From an uncultured Candidatus Rokubacteria bacterium (GTDB taxonomy: Bacteria > Methylomirabilota > Methylomirabilia > Rokubacteriales > DASRDR01), in the NCBI GenBank assembly GCA_963805625.1, contig CAWDVE010000017.1, positions 736,001 to 800,000 of the forward strand: 64,000 nucleotides of DNA. Direction: 5' to 3'. The notes under the pieces were generated by a model. That model worked only from the letters and a program-made list of their open reading frames with translations. It was not told the origin of the DNA and searched no databases. This document shows positions 10,020 through 20,122 of the stretch, one piece after another; positions within the stretch are counted from its first letter, which is position 1, and every line of letters starts with the position of its first letter. Position numbers and translations under genes: made by a program.

Positions 10020-11021
10020 TCACGCCTGGTTTCCGCACGAGGCCCGCACGACTAGCCGGGTCTCGAGCGTCCTGCGGACGGGCGGGCGGCCCGGATCGGC
10101 GAGCCGCTCGAGGAGGAGCTCGACCGCGGTCCGCCCCACCTCGCCGGCCGACTGGCTCACGGTCGTGAGCGGTGGCGTCGTGTAGGAGGCGAGCTCGATG
10201 TCATCGTATCCGACCACCGCCAGATCGCCGGGCACGCGCCGCCCCAGCTCTCCGGCGGCCCGCAGGACGCCGATGGCCATCAGGTCGTTGGCGGCGAAGA
10301 TGGCCGTCGGGGGGTCCGGCGAGGCGAGGAGGCTCCGCGCGGCCGCCCAGCCAGACTGCGGGTGATAGTCCCCGCGGAGCACGAGGCTCTCGTCGACGGG
10401 GAGGTCGGCCTCGGCCAAGGCGTCTCGGTAGCCCTGGAGCCGCTGGCCGCTCATGAGCAGGCTCGACGGGCCCCCGATGCACCCGATCCGGCGGTGCCCG
10501 AGGACGATGAGATGACGGGTCGCCAGGTAGGCGCCGCCGCGCTTGTCGCTCAGCACGACGTCGATCGGCGCGCCCGGGAGGTCGCGGTCGACGAGGACAA
10601 CGGGCAGCGGCCGGCGCAGCAGGTCGCGGAGGATGTCCACGCGATTACCGGCGGGCACGTATAGGAGCCCGTCCACCTGGCGCCTGGTGAGGAGGTCGAC
10701 GTACACACGCTCCCGGAGCTCCTCGCCCTCCGTGTTGCACAGGACCACGCTGTGGTCCCGCCCGAAAGCGGCGGTCTCGATCGCCCGTCCGAGCTCGGCG
10801 AAGTACGGGTTCGCGCTGTCCGGGAGGACGAGACCCAGCGTGTGCGTGCGTCCTCGCCGGAGCGAGCGGGCGACGGCATTCGGATGGTAGCCGAGCTCCG
10901 CCATCGCCTCCATCACGCGCGCCCTGATCTCGTGGGAGACGAAGCGCGTGGCGTTGACGACGTGCGAGACCGTGGTCGGCGATACCTGGGCGCGTCCGGC
11001 GACCTCACGGATGGTGGCCAT
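10020..11021 (-). CDS. LacI family transcriptional regulator (PurR/RbsR-like)
   Basis: [35 protein letters not shown] hinge, AANDLMAIG and PPLTTV. Confidence 0.95.
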   Translation of the reverse strand: MATIREVAGRAQVSPTTVSHVVNATRFVSHEIRARVMEAMAELGYHPNAVARSLRRGRTHTLGLVLPDSANPYFAELGRAIETAAFGRDHSVVLCNTEGEELRERVYVDLLTRRQVDGLLYVPAGNRVDILRDLLRRPLPVVLVDRDLPGAPIDVVLSDKRGGAYLATRHLIVLGHRRIGCIGGPSSLLMSGQRLQGYRDALAEADLPVDESLVLRGDYHPQSGWAAARSLLASPDPPTAIFAANDLMAIGVLRAAGELGRRVPGDLAVVGYDDIELASYTTPPLTTVSQSAGEVGRTAVELLLERLADPGRPPVRRTLETRLVVRASCGNQA

Positions 11022-11053
11022 GGGTTCCCCCTGGGAGCGCAGGAGTCCAACGA

Positions 11054-11073
11054 AATCGATTGCGCAATCGGTT
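11054..11073. promoter_or_regulatory. Probable LacI-family operator (palindrome)
   Basis: AATCGATTGCGCAATCGGTT has a perfect 14-bp core, CGATTGCGCAATCG (11057-11070), about 35 bp upstream of the LacI start. Confidence 0.65.
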
Positions 11074-11364
11074 GGGCGAAGACTAGCCCAGCTGCGTCCT
11101 ACGGGTCAAGACCAGACCGCTGCCATTTCAGAGCGGCGAGACAGTCAGGGGAGAAGGCCGGGAGTCGTGACCCCCCGCTCAGCGAGGGGTAGGACCCTGG
11201 CCCAGCACACGCAGCCGGTTGAGCATGCCTATCCAGCGTGCGCCTGCTCCTATCGGCGGCTCCTCGACGGGCTCGTCGCGAAGCTCGACGCCCCTCCAGG
11301 GCGATTCCCAGCTCGTGCGCGTCCTGACTGCCGTCGATCAGGAGCTTCCGCGCCGGGGTGGTAG

Positions 11365-11401
11365 GATCGGGATGAGGACACGATCGGGATGAGGACACGA
11401 T
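11365..11401 (+). repeat. 17-bp tandem duplication containing the RBS of the YceI gene
   Basis: GATCGGGATGAGGACAC occurs twice (11365-11381, 11382-11398) and is followed by GATG. Confidence 0.9.
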
Positions 11402-12056
11402 GAGCGACTCCAGTGCTTCTGCGCGAGCGACGGCCTGCGGTGTACTGCTGCTGGCGGTTCTCGCCGGCGGAGGGGCACTCCAGGGGTCCGGCCCGGCGCT
11501 GGCACAGGACCGCGTGCCGGTTCGCTACGGCGTCGTGGCGGAGGGGAGCGAGGTTCGCTACCGGGTCCGGGAGCAGCTCGTCGGCCTGAGCTTTCCCAAT
11601 GACGCCGTCGGCACGACCAGCGCTGTCGAGGGCGGCGTCACGTTCGATGGCCAGGGGCGCCTGCTTCCCGGCGACTCCCGGTTCACGATCGACCTCAGGA
11701 CGCTCCGGAGCGACGAGGCGCGCCGCGACAACTACGTCCGGCGCAACACGCTCGAGACGGACCGCTACCCGACGGTGACGTTCGTTCCCACCGAGGCGCG
11801 GCGCCTGCCGTTCCCGCACCCGCAGAGCGGATCGGTTCCGTTCGAGCTGGTCGGCGACCTCACGGTGAAGGACGCCACGCGACGGGTCACGTGGAACGCG
11901 ACAGCCAGCTTCGACGGGTCTCGAGTCAGCGTCCGGGCGCGAACCGCGTTTCGCTTCGGCGATTTCGGTCTGAAGGTTCCCCGGGTCTCGGTGGTGCTCG
12001 GGGTGGAGGACGACATCAAGCTCGAGGCCGATCTCGTCCTGCGCCGGGGCGCGTGA
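11400..12056 (+). CDS. YceI family secreted lipid/polyisoprenoid-binding protein
   Basis: Signal peptide; SEVRYRVRE, IDLRTLRSD..RRD, L.TDRYP, GDLTVKDATR and DFGL motifs. Confidence 0.88.
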   Translation: MSDSSASARATACGVLLLAVLAGGGALQGSGPALAQDRVPVRYGVVAEGSEVRYRVREQLVGLSFPNDAVGTTSAVEGGVTFDGQGRLLPGDSRFTIDLRTLRSDEARRDNYVRRNTLETDRYPTVTFVPTEARRLPFPHPQSGSVPFELVGDLTVKDATRRVTWNATASFDGSRVSVRARTAFRFGDFGLKVPRVSVVLGVEDDIKLEADLVLRRGA

Positions 12057-12122
12057 GGTGGCCCGCCCGCGATCCGATTCCCGAACCGTGGCGCCGGCGC
12101 GGGCCGGACACGAGGAGGCACG

Positions 12123-12614
<492 letters not shown>

Positions 12615-12615
12615 G

Positions 12616-14883
12616 ATGGCGCTCCCGATCAGTCGCCGCGCGTTCCTCGGCACCGGCGGTGCCCTCGTCGTCGGGCTCGGTCTCGGGGGCCGTGCGCCCC
12701 GGCGCGCCGCCGCGCAGGCTGCGAGCACCCTGCCGCCGACGGCCTGGACGACCGACCGGTACCTCGGCAAGACGGTGGCGCCCGACCAGGTCGACGCCTT
12801 CCTCGCGATCCACGCCGACGACACCGTCACCGTCTTCACGGGGAAGGTGGATCTCGGGACGGGCGGCCGGGCGGCCATGCGGCAGATGGTGGCGGAGGAG
12901 CTGGACGTCGCCATCGAGCGCATCACGGAGCTGATCGAGGGTGACACCGCCCTCTGCCCGGATCAGGGCGGCACCGGGGCCAGCACCGGGATCTCCCGCG
13001 GCGGTCAGGAGCTCCGGCGCGCCGCCGCCACCGCGCGCCAGGCGATCCTGGTGCTCGGCGCCCAGCGGCTCGGGCGGCCCGTCGCGGATCTCGAGACCGC
13101 CGACGGCGTGGTCCGCCCGAAGGGAGGCGGCCCCGGCGTCACGTACGGCGCGCTGATCGGGGACCGCCAGGTCGGCCTCAAGATCGACGCGAAGGCGCCG
13201 CTCAAGCCCTCGAGCGCCTTCCGCTACATTGGCCAGTCCGTGCGGCGACCGGACGTTCCCGCGAAGGCCACGGGCCGGCACCTCTACGTCCAGGATCTGG
13301 CGCTCCCCGGAATGCTCCACGGCCGTGCGATCCGGCCTCCAGCGCTCGGAGCGACACTCCAGTCGGTCGACGAGTCGTCGATCGCGGGCATTCCGGGCGC
13401 TCGGATCGTCCGGATCGGCGGCTTCCTCGGCGTCGTCGCCGAGCGCGAGTGGGACGCGGTGCGCGCGGCGCAGCTCCTCAAGGCCCAGTGGTCGGCGGGC
13501 ACCGGCCTGCCTGACCACCTGACGCTGGCCGACGCGGTGCGCGCAACGCGGATCGTGCGGGACCAGGAGGTTGCGAAGCAGGGCGATCTGTCGGTGCTCG
13601 GCGCCCCCGGTCCCGGCGTGCGGACGCTCGGCGCGACGTACTGGTGGCCGGTCCAGACCCACGGCTCCCTCGGGCCGTCGTGCGGCGTGGCGGACGTTCG
13701 CCCCGACGGCGCCACGATCTGGACGCCGTCACAGGCCACCCACCGTTTCCGCGAGGCGTTTGCCAAGATCCTGAATCTCCCCAGGGAGAAGGTGCGGCTC
13801 ATCTACCTCGACGGAGCGGGCTCCTACGGCCAGAACGGCGCCGAGGATGCGGCCTGCGACGCGGCGCTCCTCTCGCGCGCGGTGGGCCGGCCGGTGCGGG
13901 TCCAGTGGATGCGCGAGGACGAGCACGGCTGGGACCCGAAGGGGCCGCCCCAGCTCCTCGATCTCCGGGCCGCGGTGGGCGAGGGGGGTGACGTGGTGGC
14001 GTGGGAGACCCAGGCCTGGCTGCCGCTCTCGACGCAGGGCCTGCCGAACCTCCCGCTGCTGGCGCCCATCGAGGCCGGGCTCGCCCAGCCGCTCGGCCGC
14101 GCGACCGGCCAGGTCCAGCAGAACATCGATCCGCCCTATCGCGTGGGGGCGGTCCACGCCGTCGTGCACTGGCTCGAGGACTCGCCGTTCCGGACATCCC
14201 CGATCCGCGCGCCCGGCAAGGTCGCGAACATCTTCGCCGTCGAGTCGTTCGTCGACGAGGTGTGCGCGCTGGCGAAGATCGATCCCGTGGAGTACCGGCT
14301 GCGCCGCCTCGCCAATCCGCGGGGGCAGGAAGTGCTCCGTCGCGCGGCGGCGCTGATGGGGTGGCAGCCCCGGCCGTCGCCGCGCCCGTCCGACCCCGGT
14401 GCGGCGGTGCTCACCGGGCGCGGGATCGCCTACGTCCACTACAAGCACGCCGAGAACCACGTCGCCATGGGCATGGAGGTCGCCGTCGAGCGTGCGACCG
14501 GCGTGATCCGCGTGACGCGCGTGGTCTGCGCCCAGGACTGCGGGCTCATGATCAACCCGGACAACGTGGCGAGCCAGCTCGAGGGGAACATCCTCCAGAC
14601 GCTCTCGCGCACGCTTCACGAGGAGATCGTCTTCGATCGGGACCGGGTCACGAGCGTCGACTGGGCGCGCTACCCGATCCTTCGCTTCGACGAGGTGCCC
14701 ACCATCGAGCTCGACATGATCCAGCGCCTCGACGAGCCGCCGCTCGGTGTCGGCGAGGCCGCCTCGGCCCCGGTGCCGGCGGCGCTCGGCAACGCCGTCT
14801 TCGACGCGACCGGGGTGAGGCTGCGCGTGGTGCCCTTCCGGCCGGACCGCGTCAAGGCGGCGCTCGCGTCGCTGCGGACCTGA
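12616..14883 (+). CDS. Molybdopterin-binding large subunit (IorB-like) with a Tat signal
   Basis: SRRAFL twin-arginine motif; GKVDLGTG, IRAPG, DCGLMINPD...QLEG and GVGE...NAVFDATGVRLR. Confidence 0.92.
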   Translation: MALPISRRAFLGTGGALVVGLGLGGRAPRRAAAQAASTLPPTAWTTDRYLGKTVAPDQVDAFLAIHADDTVTVFTGKVDLGTGGRAAMRQMVAEELDVAIERITELIEGDTALCPDQGGTGASTGISRGGQELRRAAATARQAILVLGAQRLGRPVADLETADGVVRPKGGGPGVTYGALIGDRQVGLKIDAKAPLKPSSAFRYIGQSVRRPDVPAKATGRHLYVQDLALPGMLHGRAIRPPALGATLQSVDESSIAGIPGARIVRIGGFLGVVAEREWDAVRAAQLLKAQWSAGTGLPDHLTLADAVRATRIVRDQEVAKQGDLSVLGAPGPGVRTLGATYWWPVQTHGSLGPSCGVADVRPDGATIWTPSQATHRFREAFAKILNLPREKVRLIYLDGAGSYGQNGAEDAACDAALLSRAVGRPVRVQWMREDEHGWDPKGPPQLLDLRAAVGEGGDVVAWETQAWLPLSTQGLPNLPLLAPIEAGLAQPLGRATGQVQQNIDPPYRVGAVHAVVHWLEDSPFRTSPIRAPGKVANIFAVESFVDEVCALAKIDPVEYRLRRLANPRGQEVLRRAAALMGWQPRPSPRPSDPGAAVLTGRGIAYVHYKHAENHVAMGMEVAVERATGVIRVTRVVCAQDCGLMINPDNVASQLEGNILQTLSRTLHEEIVFDRDRVTSVDWARYPILRFDEVPTIELDMIQRLDEPPLGVGEAASAPVPAALGNAVFDATGVRLRVVPFRPDRVKAALASLRT

Positions 14884-14900
14884 CCACACGCGGCCGCCGG

Positions 14901-15473
14901 GTGACGCGCCGACTGAGGCGATGGGCCGTCGCGCTCCTCGCCATGGCGGCGATCGTGGGCGTCGCGCTGGTCCCGCTCCCGTTCGACGACACGACCCGGA
15001 TCCGCAACTCGGTCTCCATCGACCGGGATCCCGAGGTCGTGTTCGCCTACGTCACGACGCCGGCCAACTGGCCCAGATGGCACCCCTCGTCCCTGCGCGT
15101 GAGCGGGGCGGTGGATCATCCGCTGGACCTGGGCGAGCAGGTGACGGAGGACTTCCTGGTGGCCGGTCGGCGGGGGCGCGCGGTATGGACCGTGGTCCTG
15201 CGCGAGGCGCCGGAGCGCTGGGTGATCGCCGGGGAGGTCGGCGGGCGGCAGGCGGGCGCCGTGACCTACACGCTCGCGAGCGCCGACGCGGGCACGCGCT
15301 TCGATCGCGAGCTCGTCTACGCCTCGCCCAACCTGCTCTTCGCGGCGCTGAACCGCCTCAGCATCCGCGCGAGGATCGAGAGCGAGTCCGCGGAAGCCGT
15401 GCGCCGGCTGAAGCAGGTGCTCGAGGCCACCGCCGGACGTGAGAGGGAGGCATGGAGCCGCGGGTCAGCCTGA
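14901..15473 (+). CDS. SRPBCC (START/CoxG-like) family protein with an N-terminal membrane anchor
   Basis: GTG at 14901 and hydrophobic N-terminus; SVSIDRDPEVVFAYV...NWPRWHP, ending LKQVLE. Confidence 0.8.
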   Translation: MTRRLRRWAVALLAMAAIVGVALVPLPFDDTTRIRNSVSIDRDPEVVFAYVTTPANWPRWHPSSLRVSGAVDHPLDLGEQVTEDFLVAGRRGRAVWTVVLREAPERWVIAGEVGGRQAGAVTYTLASADAGTRFDRELVYASPNLLFAALNRLSIRARIESESAEAVRRLKQVLEATAGREREAWSRGSA

Positions 15474-15876
15474 TCACGCTGGGTGTCGCCGACGTCGCGC
15501 GGAGCCGCCGGTTCTACGAGGCGCTCGGCTGGCGGGCGTCGGGCGCGAGCCAGGAGGACGTCGCGTTCTTCCAGGTCGGCGGGATCGCGCTCTCCCTCTG
15601 GGGGCGGGCCGAGCTGGCCGCCGATGCGAACGTCGCGGACGGGCCAGGGTTCAGCGGCGTGGCGCTCGCTCACAACGCGCGCACGCGCGAGGCGGTCGAC
15701 GCGATCCTGGCGGAGGCGGGGACCGCGGGGGCCCGCATCCTGAAACCCGCGCAGCCGACGTCCTGGGGCGGCTACGCGCGGGCTACTTCGCCGATCCGGA
15801 CGGCCACCTGTGGGAGGTGGCCTGGAACCCGCACTTCCCGCTGCGGCCGGACGGCAGCCTAGAGCTTCCCGGCTGA
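15452..15876 (+). CDS. VOC/glyoxalase family protein, with an indel near 15778
   Basis: RVSLITLGVAD...FYEALGW...WGGY continues in another frame as GYFADPDGHLWEVAWNP. Confidence 0.85.
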
Positions 15877-15880
15877 GCCT

Positions 15881-16318
15881 CTACTTCCGGTCGAGCCTCG
15901 CGCTCCGGGGCGTGGCGCACTTCCCGCCACCCTCCTCGGTCACCTGCAGCGAGACGGCGCCCCGCTTTCCTCGCCATCGGAGCACGCGCTCCTGGACCCG
16001 CGGATCGTCGGTCCGCGTCTCGAGGACGATCTCGGTTCCCGTGACCATGCCCGTGACGTCCCAGCTGGCCGTTCCCCACGGGTACGTGGTGGCCGCCAGA
16101 CCACGAATGCGTCCGCCCTCCTCGATGGAGACGTCGAAGGTGAATGGCACGCACTCCGCGAGGTCGCCAGTGGTGCGCCCCGCGTAATAGTCTCCTCGCC
16201 AGAGACCGATGCACCCGGTCACGAGCCACGCCGCGGCCAGGGGACCGAGCCAGAGGGCATGCCGGGCGGTCCACCTCGTCGGCGCCCACGTCCGGGACCC
16301 GCTACCCGGCCTCAGCAT
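15881..16318 (-). CDS. Hypothetical lipoprotein
   Basis: GAGGAG RBS, lipobox-like LAAAWLVTGC, two further Cys residues; co-oriented with the upstream run. Confidence 0.6.
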   Translation of the reverse strand: MLRPGSGSRTWAPTRWTARHALWLGPLAAAWLVTGCIGLWRGDYYAGRTTGDLAECVPFTFDVSIEEGGRIRGLAATTYPWGTASWDVTGMVTGTEIVLETRTDDPRVQERVLRWRGKRGAVSLQVTEEGGGKCATPRSARLDRK

Positions 16319-16355
16319 GTCGCTCTCCTCACGGCGCTCGTCGCTCTCACGGGCA

Positions 16356-18623
16356 CTAGCGGCGACCCCCGCCTCGTCCGCCGCCGCCACGCATGCCGCC
16401 TCCCCCAACCCCCGCGCCGCCGCCGTACCCCGCTCCGCCCGCGCTGCTCCGCCACGACTGGGACTGGCTCGCCCGGCTGGCGCCGGTGGTCCGGGCCTCG
16501 GCGTCGCGGTTCAAGCTCTGCACCGTGCTCGAATCGGCGCGCGAGGCGGCGGCGCCGCTCCACTGGCCGCCATCGTACTGCTGCCAGCCGCCGCCCTCGG
16601 TCCGCCGGTAGACCTGACCGTCCTTGCCGACGTAGACGTTGTTGTCCCCGCGCGCCACGACGGCGCTGCCGCCGCTCGACGTGCGGACGGCCGCGGCGTC
16701 CCCCGCGCTGCCGCTGACCCGCGCCGCGTTGACCCAGTCGTCGCCGCGCACCACCGACGTGCTCCTCCAGTTGCCGTAGACGTTGCTGCCTTGCACGGTG
16801 CGCGCGGTGGTCCCCGTCCGGGGATTGTAGGCCTCCGCCCAGGCGCCCGCCCGGTACTCGCCGTAGGCCGCGGCGCCGCGCGCGTAGGTCCCGGTCGTCG
16901 GATTGTAGGCGGCCGCCCGCCCGGCCCCGCCGTAGGGGCCATAGCCGACGACGCTCCGGCCGTAGGTGCCCGTGTGCTCGTTGTACCAGGTGCCCGCGCC
17001 GTACGTGTACCCGTACGGCCAGTAGACGTCGTCGTAGACGTAGGACCCGTAGTACCACCCCGTCCCGAACGCCATCACGCCCCAGGCATAGTAGTCTCCG
17101 TAGTAGCCCGGCAGATAGCCATAGGTCACGTACTGGGGATTCGTGTCGTACACGTAGACGTAGGTCGTGGGATAGACGGGCGCGCTCGGTGGGATCTGGT
17201 AGACCTCACTGGGCACCTTGTCGGCGAGCTCCCAGGGCCCCTCCGGGCTCTTGGCGACGAACCACACCGCCTGGAAGCACAGGTAGTAGACCTCGCCCAC
17301 CTTCAGGACGTCGTACGGGCTGTTGCCTGCGTAGGCCAACTGGGTGCCGGCGATCGGCTTCCACTCGGGCGCGCCCTTGTAGGTCACCTTCGGCGCCTCG
17401 ACCTTGCCGCGCTCGACGCGCGCGGTCTGGGGGATGTGTCCCCGGATCACCGCCTCTTGCGCCTGCGACGTGCCCGGCACGAGGGCGAGGACGTCAGCGG
17501 CCGGATGGTCGGGCGGGATCTTCTTGAAGTCGTCCGGGAGCTCGGTCGTCGCGAACTGCCAGGGGCCGTCGAGCTTCTCGGCGCGGAACCAGCGCCCGGC
17601 CACGAGATAGTAGTAGCGCTGGTCGGCCGCCGCGCGGAACAGGTCGCTCTGGGTGTTGGTGACCCAGGAGAGCTTGGTGCCCTTGATCGGGTCCAGCTTC
17701 GGCTCCCCGTCCAGCAGGATCAGCTCCGCCGGCGTCTCGCTCACGAAGACCCTCGGCGCCGCCGCCGGCGTCAGGGCCACGCCCGGCACCGCCTTCCGCA
17801 CGTCGGCCCAGTTCGGGTCGCTCGCCGGGATCCGCTCGAAGCTCGTGGGAATGGTCGTCGCCGCGGTCCACGGCCCGGCCGGCGCGGGTGCGGTGAGCCA
17901 GCCCTGCTCGTGACGCAGGTAGTAGGTCGTCCCGGCGCGGAGCAGGTCCCAGTTCGTGTTGACCACGTACGAGAACTCGGTGCCGGGGATCGGCGCCAGC
18001 ACCGGCGGCCCATCGATGTTCACCAGGACCGCGGGGCTGGTGCTCACGAAGATCTTCGGCGGGTCCGACTTCAGCGCGGCCGGAGTGAGGGCGGTCTCCG
18101 CCCGCTCGAGATAGGCCGTGATCCGCTCCGTTTCGACGATCACGTCCTCCTTGCTCATGCGCGCCCGCAGCGCGTCGAGGAGGCGCGCGGAGTCCGGCGC
18201 GCTGAGGCCGGGGAACCGCCCCTCGACGATCCGGATGTTGGAGATGCGGACGTGCCCGGCCTCGCTGCTGGTCGAGGTGTCGCCCTCGAGCAGCACCCCG
18301 CCGAGCGTGGGGCTGTCCGTCCCCATCCGGCGGAACGCTACCGCCATGCGCGCCCGGAGGAGCTTGTAGTCCTTCCAGCTCTCGACCTGCGGCTGGTAGA
18401 GCAGGACCGTCGAGCCGTCCCCGCCCATCAGCTCCTGCGGCCACTTCTGGTCGTCCTGGACCGACTTCCCCCCGAACACGGGCGCCGGCGCGCTGCTGCC
18501 ACCACCGCATCCAGCGAGCACGGGCAGCAGGAGGAGGACGCTGAGCGCGCGACCTGAACGAGCGACCCACGGCGCGTCCTCCGCGATGCGATGGCGCGAT
18601 CCGTCGGTCCGGCAGCCCATCAC
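16356..18623 (-). CDS. Large hypothetical lipoprotein with a Tyr/Gly-rich C-terminal region and RGG tail
   Basis: Lipobox LLPVLAGC, recurring W-F...GPW motifs, YNP.TG repeats and terminal GGGMRGGGGRGGGRR; start overlaps the GH13 stop. Confidence 0.8.
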   Translation of the reverse strand: MMGCRTDGSRHRIAEDAPWVARSGRALSVLLLLPVLAGCGGGSSAPAPVFGGKSVQDDQKWPQELMGGDGSTVLLYQPQVESWKDYKLLRARMAVAFRRMGTDSPTLGGVLLEGDTSTSSEAGHVRISNIRIVEGRFPGLSAPDSARLLDALRARMSKEDVIVETERITAYLERAETALTPAALKSDPPKIFVSTSPAVLVNIDGPPVLAPIPGTEFSYVVNTNWDLLRAGTTYYLRHEQGWLTAPAPAGPWTAATTIPTSFERIPASDPNWADVRKAVPGVALTPAAAPRVFVSETPAELILLDGEPKLDPIKGTKLSWVTNTQSDLFRAAADQRYYYLVAGRWFRAEKLDGPWQFATTELPDDFKKIPPDHPAADVLALVPGTSQAQEAVIRGHIPQTARVERGKVEAPKVTYKGAPEWKPIAGTQLAYAGNSPYDVLKVGEVYYLCFQAVWFVAKSPEGPWELADKVPSEVYQIPPSAPVYPTTYVYVYDTNPQYVTYGYLPGYYGDYYAWGVMAFGTGWYYGSYVYDDVYWPYGYTYGAGTWYNEHTGTYGRSVVGYGPYGGAGRAAAYNPTTGTYARGAAAYGEYRAGAWAEAYNPRTGTTARTVQGSNVYGNWRSTSVVRGDDWVNAARVSGSAGDAAAVRTSSGGSAVVARGDNNVYVGKDGQVYRRTEGGGWQQYDGGQWSGAAASRADSSTVQSLNRDAEARTTGASRASQSQSWRSSAGGAGYGGGAGVGGGGMRGGGGRGGGRR

Positions 18624-20122
18624 GAGAGCCGGCTCACATCGAAGACGTGATAGCCCCAGCCCGGCATGTCGAGGTAGAGCCCTGACGTCAGCAGTTCATC
18701 CCCGCTCCGGTCGTACACCGCGGAGCTCATCCGATCCTGCAGGCGCGCGGAATGCCCGCGAAGCTCGTCGAACGGCAGGCGGACACGGCACTGGCCCTGA
18801 TTCCCCGCGTAGTTGACGGCCGTCAGCAGCCGCTGGCCCCCGCTGCCCTGCCAGCACCAGGCGATGAAGCCATCCCAGGTCCAGTTGCCCTCCCAGGCGG
18901 GCACGCACTCGAGGAGGCGCCACTCGCCGTCCCGAACGGTCGGCTGCCGGAGCACCGCCAGGAGCGCGTCGTAGAACGGGCGGACGGTTTCGTCGACGGG
19001 CTCCATGGGCGCCCGAACCAGGTGCGGCGAGATGCGCGCCCGGCGACCCTCGAGCTGTCCTTGATGGAGAAATCGCAAGCCCGGCGACAGGAATGTGACG
19101 ACGGCCGCGGCCTGGTGCATGCCGGGCGGGAAGGTGGCGGCGGCCCGCGGCTCGTCGTGGTTCTCCAGGAAGCGAGCGAGCTTGCTCTGGTAGTCGAGCC
19201 CGGCGTACAGGTGCTCGCGGACCGGCCGGGCGTGTCCCTCGCGCAGCCGGTCGTAGAGGCGCTTGTCGTAGGCGTAGTCGAACCCCTGCTGCAGCATCGT
19301 CCACTCGAGGTCCCAGTAGACCTCGGCCATGAAGCGGAAGCCCGGCACGCGCTCCCGCACGCGCTGGGTCACCCGCGGCCAGAAGGGCGGCGCCCGGCGG
19401 CCCCAGGTCCGCTCGAAGACGTGGGGCAGGACGAGCATCGCCATGTCGCAGCGGACGCCGTCGCACTGCCCGCTGATCTTCAGGAGCTCGTCCAGCATGG
19501 CCTCCTGCGTGGCCACGTTGCTGTAGTCGAGCTGGAGGGTGTCCGGCCACCCGGAGAAGTACGGGTCCCGGCCGTGCGCCAGGAGCCGGAGACCCTGCCT
19601 CCGCTTGACCCAGATGTAGTTCTGCGGCGCCCGGGCCAGGTCCGCTTCGGTGCCGGGCACGTAGTATTCGGGATGACCCTCGACCCACGGGTGGTCCAGC
19701 GCGGTGTGATTCGGAACGAAGTCGAGCATGAGCCGGAGGCCGCGCTTCCGGAGGCGCTCGCGCAGCCGGGCCAGCGCCGCGTCGCCTCCCAGGCTCTCGT
19801 GCACCGTGTAGCCGGTGATCGCGAACCCGGAGCCGGCGATGTCGTCCTCGCGCAAGTCCGGCAGGGTCGCTTCGAACTCCCGCCGCCACTCGTGGTTCTC
19901 GCGCGAGGCCCGCTGTCCGGCCAGCCCCGTCCGCCACACGCTGAGGAGCCAGACCCAGTCGAACCCCATGCCGGCCACGCGGTCCAGGTCGGCGTCGGGA
20001 ACGTCGTCCAGCGTGGCGGGCCGGCCCAGGATCCGGGACCGCTCCGTCAGCCAGACGCGGGTGTTGATCTGGTAGAGCGACGGGTAGATCGGGGCGGGCC
20101 GCATGAGCTGGGCCTCCATCAC
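18620..20122 (-). CDS. Alpha-amylase family (GH13) glycosidase
   Basis: LDFVPNH, catalytic GVRCDMA, AEVYW and FLENHDE; no signal peptide. Confidence 0.92.
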   Translation of the reverse strand: MMEAQLMRPAPIYPSLYQINTRVWLTERSRILGRPATLDDVPDADLDRVAGMGFDWVWLLSVWRTGLAGQRASRENHEWRREFEATLPDLREDDIAGSGFAITGYTVHESLGGDAALARLRERLRKRGLRLMLDFVPNHTALDHPWVEGHPEYYVPGTEADLARAPQNYIWVKRRQGLRLLAHGRDPYFSGWPDTLQLDYSNVATQEAMLDELLKISGQCDGVRCDMAMLVLPHVFERTWGRRAPPFWPRVTQRVRERVPGFRFMAEVYWDLEWTMLQQGFDYAYDKRLYDRLREGHARPVREHLYAGLDYQSKLARFLENHDEPRAAATFPPGMHQAAAVVTFLSPGLRFLHQGQLEGRRARISPHLVRAPMEPVDETVRPFYDALLAVLRQPTVRDGEWRLLECVPAWEGNWTWDGFIAWCWQGSGGQRLLTAVNYAGNQGQCRVRLPFDELRGHSARLQDRMSSAVYDRSGDELLTSGLYLDMPGWGYHVFDVSRLS

